Below the pieces are notes generated by a model, which saw only the letters and a list, made by a program, of their open reading frames with translations, was not told the DNA's origin and did no database searches. A program made the position numbers and the translations under genes. A stretch of DNA of 64,000 nt, taken from NCBI GenBank assembly GCA_021779665.1, contig JAJYAG010000001.1:67396-131395 (forward strand), written 5' to 3'. Each line of letters opens with the position of its first letter. Position 1 is the stretch's first letter. This stretch comes from Bacteroidota bacterium (GTDB lineage Bacteria > Bacteroidota > Bacteroidia > Bacteroidales > JAAUTT01). Positions 29,418 through 38,411 of the stretch are shown here, in pieces.

Positions 29418-30638
29418 ATGTTAGCACAAGTATCCTGGAGGAATGTATGGCGCCATAAGCTTCGCAGCTCTGTCATCATTTTTGCGGTTGCAATAGGGAT
29501 TTTTGCCGGCGTGTTTGCCTGGGCCTTTTACAAAGGCATGATGAACGAGCGTGTGGAAACTGCCATTTCAACCGAGTCCTCCAATATTCAGATTCATCAG
29601 AGAACGTATCTGGAAGATCCCGGAATAAAGAAATTTATTGCCAATGGAAATGAAATAGCTGAAAAAATTGAAAAAATTCAGGGAATCAAAGGTGTTTCCA
29701 AGCGGTTGCTTTCCAACGCCATGGTCACCTCGGCCGAACAAGGCACCGGGGTGATGGTGATAGGCATTGATCCTGAGCAGGAAAAAAAGGTAACCAATAT
29801 CAGCGAAAGTGTAAGTATTGGAACTTATTTTAAAGAAACCGGGAAAAATCCTGTTCTCATCGGTAAAAAGCTGGCCGAAAAACTCAAAATAAAGGAGCGC
29901 TCTAAAATTGTACTCACCCTTCAGCAGCTTGACGGAACCATTACAAGGGCTCAGTTTCGGGTAGCAGGCATTTATAACATTACCAATTCCATGTACGAGG
30001 AAATGAATGTATTTGTAAGATCCCAGGATCTTGCAGGAATCCTGCAGCTCGATGCATCAGCCTGCCACGAAATAGCTGTGAAAGTTGTCGATAACAATAC
30101 TGAAAATGTAATTTTCAATAAAATAAAACCGTTGTTCCCTTCGCTGGATGTGAAAGAATGGAGGGAACTGATGCCTGAAGTGAGTGTTGCTGAAGAATCC
30201 ATAGATGTATCCATGATTGTCTTTATTATAGTAATTCTCGTGGGACTCTCACTTGCCATTATCAACACCATGCTGATGGCTGTGCTGGAGCGTGTTAAAG
30301 AAATTGGCATGCTGATGGCTATCGGGATGACCCGTAAGCGCGTATTTAACATGATTTTGCTGGAAACCATTTTCCTTACCATCACGGGAATGGTGGTGGG
30401 GATCGTAATTGCAAGTCTGCTATCGCTCTATTTTGGTAAAACAGGGATAGATATCTCCATGGGATCGGAAGTTTATGAGTCGATGGGATATACGTCGCTT
30501 ATTTACCCTGTTCTCTCAGCTAAAATTATAATCGAAGTAGCCATAATGGTTGTAATTGCAAGCATATTATCGGCTATTTACCCTGCGTGGAAGGCTTTGA
30601 AATTAAAGCCCGCAGATGCAATCAGAAGTGATGTTTAA
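29418..30638 (+). CDS. ABC transporter permease, FtsX/MacB-like
   Basis: Same architecture as the preceding paralog. 406 aa. Confidence 0.8.
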   Translation: MLAQVSWRNVWRHKLRSSVIIFAVAIGIFAGVFAWAFYKGMMNERVETAISTESSNIQIHQRTYLEDPGIKKFIANGNEIAEKIEKIQGIKGVSKRLLSNAMVTSAEQGTGVMVIGIDPEQEKKVTNISESVSIGTYFKETGKNPVLIGKKLAEKLKIKERSKIVLTLQQLDGTITRAQFRVAGIYNITNSMYEEMNVFVRSQDLAGILQLDASACHEIAVKVVDNNTENVIFNKIKPLFPSLDVKEWRELMPEVSVAEESIDVSMIVFIIVILVGLSLAIINTMLMAVLERVKEIGMLMAIGMTRKRVFNMILLETIFLTITGMVVGIVIASLLSLYFGKTGIDISMGSEVYESMGYTSLIYPVLSAKIIIEVAIMVVIASILSAIYPAWKALKLKPADAIRSDV

Positions 30639-30650
30639 TCAATAAAAATA

Positions 30651-31343
30651 TTGACCATGAAAGTAATTGATATAAAAGACCTATATAAGATTTATGAAGA
30701 CAACGAAGCTGAAGTTCACGCTGTTGATGGTATCAGCCTTTCGTTCAATGAAGGGGAATTTGCTGCCATTGTTGGCCCTTCGGGTTCAGGAAAAACAACG
30801 CTTTTAAATATCCTTGGCGGACTGGATAAACCAACATCGGGCGAAATAACCATTGGCAATGTGAAAATTAACGAATTGCCTCCATCGAAGCTGATTGACT
30901 TCCGTCTTCACAACATAGGCTTTGTTTTTCAGGCATATAACCTTATACCGGTGCTTACCGCTAAAGAAAACGTGGAGTTCATCATGGATCTGCAGGGGCG
31001 TCCCAAAGCCGAAAAAGAAAAAAGAACCCGCGAACTGCTGGAACAGGTCGGACTTGGCGACCGGCTCAACAGCAGACCCAACCGCTTATCGGGCGGACAG
31101 CAGCAACGTGTTGCAGTTGCCCGGGCTCTGGCATCGCGGCCTAAATTTGTTCTGGCCGATGAACCTACTGCAAACCTCGACTCCAAATCGACTGAGAATC
31201 TGTTGGATATTATGGAAAAACTGAACCGGGAAGAAAATATCACCTTCATTTTTTCGACGCACGATCCGCGTGTGGTGAAAAAAGCGCGCCGGGTGATTAC
31301 CATTGAAGACGGTAAGGTAATAAAGGATGAGGCGATCCGGTAG
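30651..31343 (+). CDS. ABC transporter ATP-binding protein (LolD/MacB-type)
   Basis: Walker A GPSGSGKTT, signature LSGGQQQRVAVARAL, Walker B LADEPT. Confidence 0.85.
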   Translation: MTMKVIDIKDLYKIYEDNEAEVHAVDGISLSFNEGEFAAIVGPSGSGKTTLLNILGGLDKPTSGEITIGNVKINELPPSKLIDFRLHNIGFVFQAYNLIPVLTAKENVEFIMDLQGRPKAEKEKRTRELLEQVGLGDRLNSRPNRLSGGQQQRVAVARALASRPKFVLADEPTANLDSKSTENLLDIMEKLNREENITFIFSTHDPRVVKKARRVITIEDGKVIKDEAIR

Positions 31344-31365
31344 GGAATAACAATAATATTCTGCT

Positions 31366-32568
31366 ATGAAAAAATCATTTCTGATATTCATAATTGTAAT
31401 GTTTAATTTGACTGTCCATGCACAGGATACTGCCCGGTGGTCGCTAAACGGCTATGTAAGTCTGCTGGGATCGGCTAAAAAGAGCATGTCCGATTCTCTT
31501 TTCAGGCCTACAGGTGAGGAAAAACACAAGGATGCGTTACTGCATAACCGGCTAAATTTCTTTTGGTATCCGGCTAAAAACTTCACTTTTTCGGTGCAGG
31601 TGCGTAACAGGCTCGTGTACGACGAAACCTATTCCCAACAACCCAATGTTGGCGAAATGTTTGAGCAGGACCAGGGACTGATGCAGCTTTCCAAAACGTT
31701 TTACAGTAAAGGCGATTATCTGCTCAATTCGTCGGTCGACAGGCTTTATTTTCAATATACAAAAGGAAAAATGGAGATAAATATAGGACGCCAGCGCATT
31801 AACTGGTCGCAGAGTTTTGCCTGGAATCCCAATGATATTTTCAATGCTTCGAACTACTTCGATTTCGATTATCCCGAAAAGCCCGGAAGTGATGCCATTC
31901 GTGTTCTGTATTATACCGGAATGGCTTCGTCGGCTGAGGCTGTCTTAAAAGTGGATCATAAAAAAAACATTACGGCGGCTGCCTTATACCGTACAAACCT
32001 AAAGGGTTACGACCTGCAGGTTTTAACAGGAACCATGAATGAAGAAGAACTGGTGTTGGGTGGCGGTTGGTCCGGGAGCCTTGGTCCGGTAGGATTCAGA
32101 GGCGAAGTAACGTCGCTGTTTCCTTATAAGGATTCGTCGGAATACAACCACAATATGGAAAAACTTACCCTGGCTTCGGTTTCGTTCGATTACACCTTTC
32201 CGAACTCTGCAAGGTTAATGAGTGAATTTTTATATTCGAGCAACGATATCTCTACATTATCAACCTCCTTAACTTCCATATTTTCAGAAACCATCAGCAT
32301 CCGGAATATGGCTTTTTCGAGACTGTCCTCCCTCCTTTCGTTTACTTATCCGATACATCCGCTGGTGAATGTAAGCCTCTCGGGTATGTATTTTTACAGA
32401 ATAAGCGGCTGGTACGCCGGCCCAAGTGTAGATATTTCCCTGAGCGACAATCTCGACCTTTCGCTATTCTGGCAATATTTTAACATGTATCTTTCCAAAG
32501 AAAAGCAGGCCATGATGGACGATATAAAGATCAACTATGCTTTTTTAAGATTGAAGTATAGTTTTTAA
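31366..32568 (+). CDS. hypothetical outer-membrane (probable beta-barrel) protein
   Basis: Signal peptide. 400 aa, rich in alternating aromatic/polar residues. Final gene of the ABC cluster. Confidence 0.5.
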   Translation: MKKSFLIFIIVMFNLTVHAQDTARWSLNGYVSLLGSAKKSMSDSLFRPTGEEKHKDALLHNRLNFFWYPAKNFTFSVQVRNRLVYDETYSQQPNVGEMFEQDQGLMQLSKTFYSKGDYLLNSSVDRLYFQYTKGKMEINIGRQRINWSQSFAWNPNDIFNASNYFDFDYPEKPGSDAIRVLYYTGMASSAEAVLKVDHKKNITAAALYRTNLKGYDLQVLTGTMNEEELVLGGGWSGSLGPVGFRGEVTSLFPYKDSSEYNHNMEKLTLASVSFDYTFPNSARLMSEFLYSSNDISTLSTSLTSIFSETISIRNMAFSRLSSLLSFTYPIHPLVNVSLSGMYFYRISGWYAGPSVDISLSDNLDLSLFWQYFNMYLSKEKQAMMDDIKINYAFLRLKYSF

Positions 32569-33035
32569 AGCTCCATATCCAGATCTTTCCTCTCTTTTTT
32601 ATTGAGGTAATTGATAATGGTGTAAAGCTTTTCTTTCAGATCCAGTAATTCCTTTACATTCATGGCTTCCGATGCTATTTCAGCGCCAAGCTGTTCGGGT
32701 ATTTTAGCAGCTTCAACCTGCATTTGCCTGCCTTTTTCGGTCAGCCGGACAATCACCTTCCTTTCATCGCTGCCTTCACGGTTTCGGGTAACAATGCCCT
32801 GACTTTCCATCCGTTTCAGCAATGGTGTTACAGTGTTTGTATTTAAAATAAGCTTATGCGCAATTTCATTTACCGTAATTGAATCCTGTTCCCAAAGCAC
32901 CAGAAGAACAAGATACTGCGGATAAGTTAATCCGAGTTTATCCAATAAAGGCTGATATTCCCTGATGATGAGCCTGGAAGCTGCATAAACCGGGAAACAC
33001 AACTGGTTATCAAGCTTAAGCTGTTCGAATGCCAT
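32565..33035 (-). CDS. MarR family transcriptional regulator
   Basis: 156 aa with a winged-HTH region (LTYPQYLVLLVLWEQDSITVNEIAHKL...). Confidence 0.75.
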   Translation of the reverse strand: MAFEQLKLDNQLCFPVYAASRLIIREYQPLLDKLGLTYPQYLVLLVLWEQDSITVNEIAHKLILNTNTVTPLLKRMESQGIVTRNREGSDERKVIVRLTEKGRQMQVEAAKIPEQLGAEIASEAMNVKELLDLKEKLYTIINYLNKKERKDLDMEL

Positions 33036-33059
33036 ACTTTTTTCTTCAAAGATAAAATT

Positions 33060-33539
33060 TTAAGATAGTACCTTTTCGAGGTATTTGTCGATTTTTTCGG
33101 GTTTTGTAACAGGAGCAAATCTTTTCACAGGCTTTCCGTTCTTATCCACCAAAAACTTCGTGAAGTTCCATTTGATTTTGCTTCCCAAAAATCCTGGCAG
33201 CTTTTTTTTCAGGAACTTATAAAGAGGATGTGCATTTTCGCCATTTACCTCAATCTTCGAAAACATTGGAAAGCTTACACCATAATTAATCAGGCAGCCT
33301 TCCGAAATTTGCTTTTCGTCGCCCGGTTCCTGGTTTGCAAACTGATTGCATGGAAATCCCAGTATCACAAGACCTTTATCCCTGTACTTCCCGTAAAGTT
33401 TCTCCAAACCTTCGAATTGCGGGGTTAACCCGCATTTACTCGCAGTATTCACTATCAATACTGTCTTACCCTCATAATCTTTCAGATTAACTTCCTTGCC
33501 CTGCAGGCTCTTTGCAGTGAACTGGTAAATATTATCCAT
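33060..33539 (-). CDS. glutathione peroxidase
   Basis: Canonical GPx active-site block VNTASKCGLTPQ and the FPCNQF motif. 159 aa. Confidence 0.85.
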   Translation of the reverse strand: MDNIYQFTAKSLQGKEVNLKDYEGKTVLIVNTASKCGLTPQFEGLEKLYGKYRDKGLVILGFPCNQFANQEPGDEKQISEGCLINYGVSFPMFSKIEVNGENAHPLYKFLKKKLPGFLGSKIKWNFTKFLVDKNGKPVKRFAPVTKPEKIDKYLEKVLS

Positions 33540-33558
33540 AATTTTATTGACTTATATT

Positions 33559-33620
33559 TATCGCAAACGAATATATCTTTTGCGATACAAATATAAGAAT
33601 TTTATATCGCTTGCGATATA
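33559..33620. promoter_or_regulatory. two palindromic operator-like sites sharing an ATATCGC half-site in the gpx-marR promoter region
   Basis: TATCGCAAA-N11-TTTGCGATA at 33559..33587 and ATATCGC-TT-GCGATAT at 33605..33620. They lie 20-80 nt upstream of the gpx start (33539, minus strand). Confidence 0.5.
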
Positions 33621-33710
33621 TTTTACAGACTTTTATTAAGTATCTGGATGACAAACAAATTATACATTTAAAATGTTATTTTAAATAAAATGAAAGAGGT
33701 CGGTCAATGT

Positions 33711-33741
33711 CATTAGAAAGTGTTCATCTTGCTTTCTAATG
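33711..33741 (+). promoter_or_regulatory. perfect 10-bp inverted repeat about 45 nt upstream of the K+ channel gene
   Basis: CATTAGAAAG-N11-CTTTCTAATG. Confidence 0.35.
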
Positions 33742-33785
33742 TTATTGTTGATATCTTTAAACCATAAAAATCAACCGATATAGAT

Positions 33786-34607
33786 GTGAATAAACCTGTC
33801 GAAAACAATACGCCTCTTAAAAAACGGCTTTATGAAATTGTTTTTGAAGCTGATACCCGTGCCGGCCAGTTGTTTGACGCCTCATTGCTTATTCTTATTC
33901 TGCTGAGCATCTTTATTGTTATGCTAGAGAGTATGAGCCAAATCAGGGCAGCTTATCTTCGGGAGCTAAGAATATTGGAATGGATAATCACTGGAATATT
34001 TACCGTTGAATATTTTACCCGTATATGGCTTGTTAAAAGACCATTAGGATATATTCTGAGTTTTTATGGAATCATTGACTTGCTTGCTATTTTACCTACC
34101 TTCCTGAGCCTTTTCTTTACCGTAGGACATAGTTTAATGGTGATCAAAGCCTTACGCTTATTGAGGATTTTCAGAATTTTAAAGCTTAGTCAATATACCA
34201 AGGCGGGAAGATTCCTGCTGAATGCTATATGGAGTAACAGGGAGAAAATCGGTATTTTCTTTGTATTCATAATTACGCTCACCACCATTGTAGGTACTAT
34301 GATGTACCTTATAGAAGGTGAAGAAAACGGGTTTACCGATATCCCCACAAGTATATACTGGGCAATTGTAACCCTCACCACAGTGGGTTATGGAGATATT
34401 TCTCCTGTTACCGGTCTGGGTAAATTTTTTGCAAGCGTTGTAATGATCCTGGGCTATGCCATTATTGCTGTTCCAACCGGAATTGTTACTGCAAGCTTGA
34501 TTGTAAAAGGTTCGACCAACACGCAGGTTTGTTCAAATTGTTTCTACGACAAGCACGACGACGATGCCCATTTCTGCAAACGTTGCGGAAATTCTCTGAA
34601 TGATTAA
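33786..34607 (+). CDS. voltage-gated-like K+ channel (6TM, TVGYGD filter) with a C-terminal zinc-ribbon
   Basis: Selectivity filter TTVGYGD. S4-like segment with spaced Arg (RLLRIFRILK). C-terminus CSNCFYDKHDDDAHFCKRCGNSL. GTG start at 33786. Confidence 0.8.
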   Translation: MNKPVENNTPLKKRLYEIVFEADTRAGQLFDASLLILILLSIFIVMLESMSQIRAAYLRELRILEWIITGIFTVEYFTRIWLVKRPLGYILSFYGIIDLLAILPTFLSLFFTVGHSLMVIKALRLLRIFRILKLSQYTKAGRFLLNAIWSNREKIGIFFVFIITLTTIVGTMMYLIEGEENGFTDIPTSIYWAIVTLTTVGYGDISPVTGLGKFFASVVMILGYAIIAVPTGIVTASLIVKGSTNTQVCSNCFYDKHDDDAHFCKRCGNSLND

Positions 34608-34638
34608 TAATAATTTGCAATAAAATCACTCAAAAATT

Positions 34639-34932
34639 ATGGAAAAGAAACATTATTTGTTGTATTTGAATCCTCCACGTCCAACTTTCATCATGGACAT
34701 GAGCAACGAAGAAAGGGAAATTATGGGTCGCCATGTTGCTTATTGGACAAAGTTTATGGAAGAGGGCAAAGTTGTTGCATTTGGCCCCGTATTTGATCCT
34801 GCCGGTGCTTATGGCGTTGGCATTGTAGAAGTAGAAAGCGATGAGCAATTGCAGGATTTTATGGCTAACGATCCGGCCAACGGCATTAATTCATACGAAT
34901 ATTACCCCATGCGGGCAGTTGTCAAAAAATAG
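34639..34932 (+). CDS. YciI-like protein
   Basis: 97 aa, YCII-related pattern (H...W, GPVFD). Confidence 0.55.
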   Translation: MEKKHYLLYLNPPRPTFIMDMSNEEREIMGRHVAYWTKFMEEGKVVAFGPVFDPAGAYGVGIVEVESDEQLQDFMANDPANGINSYEYYPMRAVVKK

Positions 34933-34948
34933 GTATTAAATACCCTGT

Positions 34949-34984
34949 AAGCTCCGGAAGTAAACATATTCGGAGCTTTTTTAT
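34949..34984. terminator. terminator hairpin between convergent genes
   Basis: AAGCTCCG-loop-CGGAGCTT followed by TTTTATTTT. Confidence 0.55.
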
Positions 34985-34985
34985 T

Positions 34986-35264
34986 TTACCAGCAATTATT
35001 TACCGGAATATTTCGGATCAGGGAATGCAGAACGGGTCTTGGATAATCCTCGGGTAAAACCTGGGCCATAAAGCCGAATTCGTTAAAAAGTTTTATAATT
35101 TGATCAGGTTGAATTAAGCCTTCCTGTGATTTAACCCGCAAAATCCTGTCGCAATCCTCCAGGTCGAAACTAATTTCGTACCCGTTAAAACGGTTCACTA
35201 CCTGATCTTTTAAAAACTTCGCCTGCTTAGGATCAATAACATTGGTTCTGAAAACTTCAATCAT
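34986..35264 (-). CDS. hypothetical protein
   Basis: 92-aa ORF, 3 nt downstream of the MmcQ/YjbR-like gene on the same strand. Confidence 0.35.
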   Translation of the reverse strand: MIEVFRTNVIDPKQAKFLKDQVVNRFNGYEISFDLEDCDRILRVKSQEGLIQPDQIIKLFNEFGFMAQVLPEDYPRPVLHSLIRNIPVNNCW

Positions 35265-35267
35265 AAT

Positions 35268-35603
35268 TCAATTCTTTTTACTTTGTTTCTTGTTTTTCAC
35301 TTCATTATAGGCCGTATTCAATGCATCCTGACACAGATCCTCATCAATTTTGTCAAGGTCAAGGATAGTCCATCCCTGTTTTCCCCATTTATTGGGAACC
35401 GGATATATTTCCGGATCAGCTCCTTTTGAAGAAAAAGCAAACTGATCCACTTCCGACAATTTAATGGTAGCAAGTTTTTTAGCAATATCCAGCGTGGCGA
35501 AAATTTTATCTGGCGTCCGGAAGGATAACTTATCGAAATGCGGCTGTTCAACTACATCAGGAAAAGAAATAGCCATTTTTTTGAAAGATTCAATGGTAAC
35601 CAT
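35268..35603 (-). CDS. MmcQ/YjbR family DNA-binding protein
   Basis: 111 aa with an N-terminal block (FPDVVEQPHFDKLSFRTPDKIFATL) typical of the YjbR/MmcQ family. Confidence 0.55.
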   Translation of the reverse strand: MVTIESFKKMAISFPDVVEQPHFDKLSFRTPDKIFATLDIAKKLATIKLSEVDQFAFSSKGADPEIYPVPNKWGKQGWTILDLDKIDEDLCQDALNTAYNEVKNKKQSKKN

Positions 35604-35606
35604 GGT

Positions 35607-36008
35607 TCAAATATCTTGTCGTACAGGCACTACAAGTTTTAATCTTTTTTCGCGAAGATAGATGCCAATCCATACCAGAATCCCCATTGCAATGGGGAAA
35701 TAGAACGGGTCCCCTATCCTTACATGAGTTGTAACAGCACCTCCCAGATAAGCTGTTAAAAGAATGGCTCCCAACACTGCCGATTTTGGGATGAGGTAAA
35801 GAATCGTACTTATCAAAAGTACCAAACCAATACCAAAAATTGTATTATCGGGATAGCCCAGCCGCACACTGGCCTCAATTACTTCGTTGATTTTAATGAG
35901 TTTGACTATGGCATCGAATAATAAAAACAGTCCTACAAAGCCTGTAATAATCCAACCGGTCCATAATCTTTTCTTCGTTACCGGAACAAATTGTGAATTG
36001 CTTTCCAT
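35607..36008 (-). CDS. DoxX-like small membrane protein
   Basis: 133 aa, 4 predicted TM. Confidence 0.45.
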   Translation of the reverse strand: MESNSQFVPVTKKRLWTGWIITGFVGLFLLFDAIVKLIKINEVIEASVRLGYPDNTIFGIGLVLLISTILYLIPKSAVLGAILLTAYLGGAVTTHVRIGDPFYFPIAMGILVWIGIYLREKRLKLVVPVRQDI

Positions 36009-36213
36009 ATAATAAATTGTTTTAGTTTCCCTTCAAAACTGGTTTACCAAAAGGTCTGATTCTTTTTTGAAAACTGACACCTTTTATTCAACCTTTACTG
36101 TAAACCTGATTATATAACAAAAGTAGAACAACAATGTGGCTTGACAGAGGGTTATAAAAGAAAAAGATGAAGGCTTTGTGCGACAAAATAGCCGGAATAA
36201 AAATTTACGGGCA

Positions 36214-36240
36214 TAAAAAAAGCCCCACAATTGTGAGGCT
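36214..36240 (-). terminator. rho-independent terminator of the csp gene
   Basis: On the minus strand: AGCCTCACAATTGTGGGGCT hairpin followed by U7. Confidence 0.55.
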
Positions 36241-36265
36241 TTCAAAAATATCTTAGAAATGACTG

Positions 36266-36457
36266 TTAAACTAACTTAACGTTAACAGCATTTAATCCTT
36301 TTCTACCTTCCTGAAGATCGAATGTAACTTCATCATTCTCTTCGATGCTGTCTCTGAGACCTGATGAATGAACAAAATATTCCTGTGATGTTTTTGAGTC
36401 TTTAATGAAACCAAATCCTTTTAACTCATTGAAAAATTTTACTGTACCAGTATTCAT
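36266..36457 (-). CDS. cold-shock protein (CspA family)
   Basis: 63 aa with RNP motifs (GTVKFFNELKGFGFI; VHSSGL). Terminator downstream. Confidence 0.9.
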   Translation of the reverse strand: MNTGTVKFFNELKGFGFIKDSKTSQEYFVHSSGLRDSIEENDEVTFDLQEGRKGLNAVNVKLV

Positions 36458-36805
36458 AATGTGATTTTTAAATTATTCGGTAAAGATACGGTGAATAAAT
36501 CAATAAAAATCAATTATTTATTATTTAGGCCAGACGGTAAATGGACAGTTATTTTCTTTCGCTACATACTGACGGGTAGGATCTTGGGAAATAAATTTTG
36601 TAAAAGCTTATTTAGAATCAGTCAAATTATGGCAATTATTTATTCACTAAATACTCAAAAAACAACTTTTTGCACGGTTATTGCCTATATTTAAATCTTT
36701 GAAATTCTGGTATTAATTCCTTTCAGTTATTTAGAAATAATTCCTGATTTCTCAAAGAGAAGGCCGGCAGTGTTTGCCGGAAAATATTTATTTAAATTAA
36801 ATCAC

Positions 36806-36967
36806 ATGAATTACGACAAAAAGCCGTCAAATTTTAAATCACCTGACTTATCGAAAATGCAGGAAGTAATAATAGATTTTAAAACTAAAATTTATATCGC
36901 AGTGGGTGCCGATCCCGAAGAAGCCAAAACAAGGTATTTCTCAAAAATTGATACAAAAAAGAAATAA
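36806..36967 (+). CDS. small hypothetical protein (53 aa)
   Basis: ORF followed immediately by a canonical terminator (AGAGTG-GCAA-CACTCT plus T6). Confidence 0.3.
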   Translation: MNYDKKPSNFKSPDLSKMQEVIIDFKTKIYIAVGADPEEAKTRYFSKIDTKKK

Positions 36968-36971
36968 AAAA

Positions 36972-36992
36972 AGAGTGGCAACACTCTTTTTT
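36972..36992 (+). terminator. rho-independent terminator after the small ORF
   Basis: AGAGTG-GCAA-CACTCT followed by TTTTTT. Confidence 0.6.
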
Positions 36993-37089
36993 AGTTTAAA
37001 GGAATTCTCTTTCAATGATACTTTGGAAAATTGAATTTTGCCCTACCTTTAAAAAGAAAAATTTTCCTCATTGAGCAATTATTACACGT

Positions 37090-37329
37090 TTGATAATGAA
37101 CGAAGAACAGAGTGACAGTCGTATTTTACTCGATATAGTACAAACCCGAATGCCTTTTGGAAAATATAAGGACAGGCTGATTTGTGAACTCCCCGAGCAC
37201 TATCTGGTTTGGTTTAAGCAGCAGGGATTTCCACAGGGAAAACTGGGTATGATGCTGCAAACCATGTACGAGATAAAATTAAACGGACTGGAATACCTGC
37301 TGGAGCCCTTAAAGAAAAAGCGATTATAA
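37090..37329 (+). CDS. DUF3820 family protein
   Basis: MPFGKYKDRLICELPEHYLVWFKQQGFPQGKLG matches the DUF3820 consensus. Confidence 0.6.
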   Translation: MIMNEEQSDSRILLDIVQTRMPFGKYKDRLICELPEHYLVWFKQQGFPQGKLGMMLQTMYEIKLNGLEYLLEPLKKKRL

Positions 37330-37337
37330 ATTTAATT

Positions 37338-38411
37338 ATGAATAAATTACACGAATTCAGAAAATTATTAATCGAAAATAATCTGGAAGGATTTTTTACA
37401 ACTTCCATTTCCAATATAACCTATTTAACAGGGTTTAAAGGCGATTCCTCGCGTCTATTAATATCGCAAAACAGAGCCATCCTTATCACTGACGGACGCT
37501 ATACCGAACAGGCTGAAAACGAATGCTCAGGTGATGTAGAAGTATTTAAATGGATTGACAACATACGTTACGCCTCCGAAACGTATTCACACCTTTTAAA
37601 AGAGCTTCAGATAAAAACGATTGGGATTGAAGGAAATGCCCTAACTGTTGCCGAATTTGAAACATTGCAGAAGAGTGCGTTAAATATTGTCATCACCAAT
37701 ACACCGGGACTTACAGAAAAGCTGCGCGCTAAGAAAACGACTGAAGAAGTTGAATATCTCAGAAAAGCCTGCCGGATATCAGACCTTGCTCTTGAAAAAA
37801 CCTTGCCTTTCATTAAAGAAGGTATAACCGAACTTGAACTTGCCGCTCAGCTTGAATATCAGCTCAAAATGAACGGTGCCGAGAATCTCTCGTTCGATAC
37901 AATGGTACTCTCAGGTGCTAAAACATCGCTCCTCCACGGAAAACCGGGAAATAAAAAACTCGCAAACGGCGATTTTGTGCTTTTCGATTTCGGCGCCTTG
38001 TATGGTGGCTATCATGCTGATATCAGCCGTACATTTATGCTGGGCTCACCATCGGCGCAGCAAAAGGAAATGTATCAGGCTATTTATGATGCGCAGATCG
38101 CTGCTGTTTCAGCTTTAAAATCCGGCATAACCTCCAGAGAGCTCGATGCACTGGTTCGGAGCATTCTACCGGCAAAATATCATGAATATTACTATCCCGG
38201 ACTGGGGCATGGTGTGGGACTCGAAATTCATGAGACACCTTTTTTAGGCAGAGATTATGAAGCCACGCTTGAGGTGAATAACGTAATTACTATTGAGCCA
38301 GGAATTTATATTCCTGAATTTGGCGGTTTACGTATTGAGGATACTGTTTGGGTACAAAATGACAAATCTGAGCCTTTAACACAGTTTCCAAAAGAGCTGA
38401 TGATTCTTTAA
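37338..38411 (+). CDS. Xaa-Pro aminopeptidase / M24 family peptidase
   Basis: N-terminal creatinase-like domain. C-terminal pita-bread fold with metal ligands (DFGALYGGYHADISRT; GHGVGLEIHE; IEPGIY..GG.RIED). Confidence 0.8.
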   Translation: MNKLHEFRKLLIENNLEGFFTTSISNITYLTGFKGDSSRLLISQNRAILITDGRYTEQAENECSGDVEVFKWIDNIRYASETYSHLLKELQIKTIGIEGNALTVAEFETLQKSALNIVITNTPGLTEKLRAKKTTEEVEYLRKACRISDLALEKTLPFIKEGITELELAAQLEYQLKMNGAENLSFDTMVLSGAKTSLLHGKPGNKKLANGDFVLFDFGALYGGYHADISRTFMLGSPSAQQKEMYQAIYDAQIAAVSALKSGITSRELDALVRSILPAKYHEYYYPGLGHGVGLEIHETPFLGRDYEATLEVNNVITIEPGIYIPEFGGLRIEDTVWVQNDKSEPLTQFPKELMIL

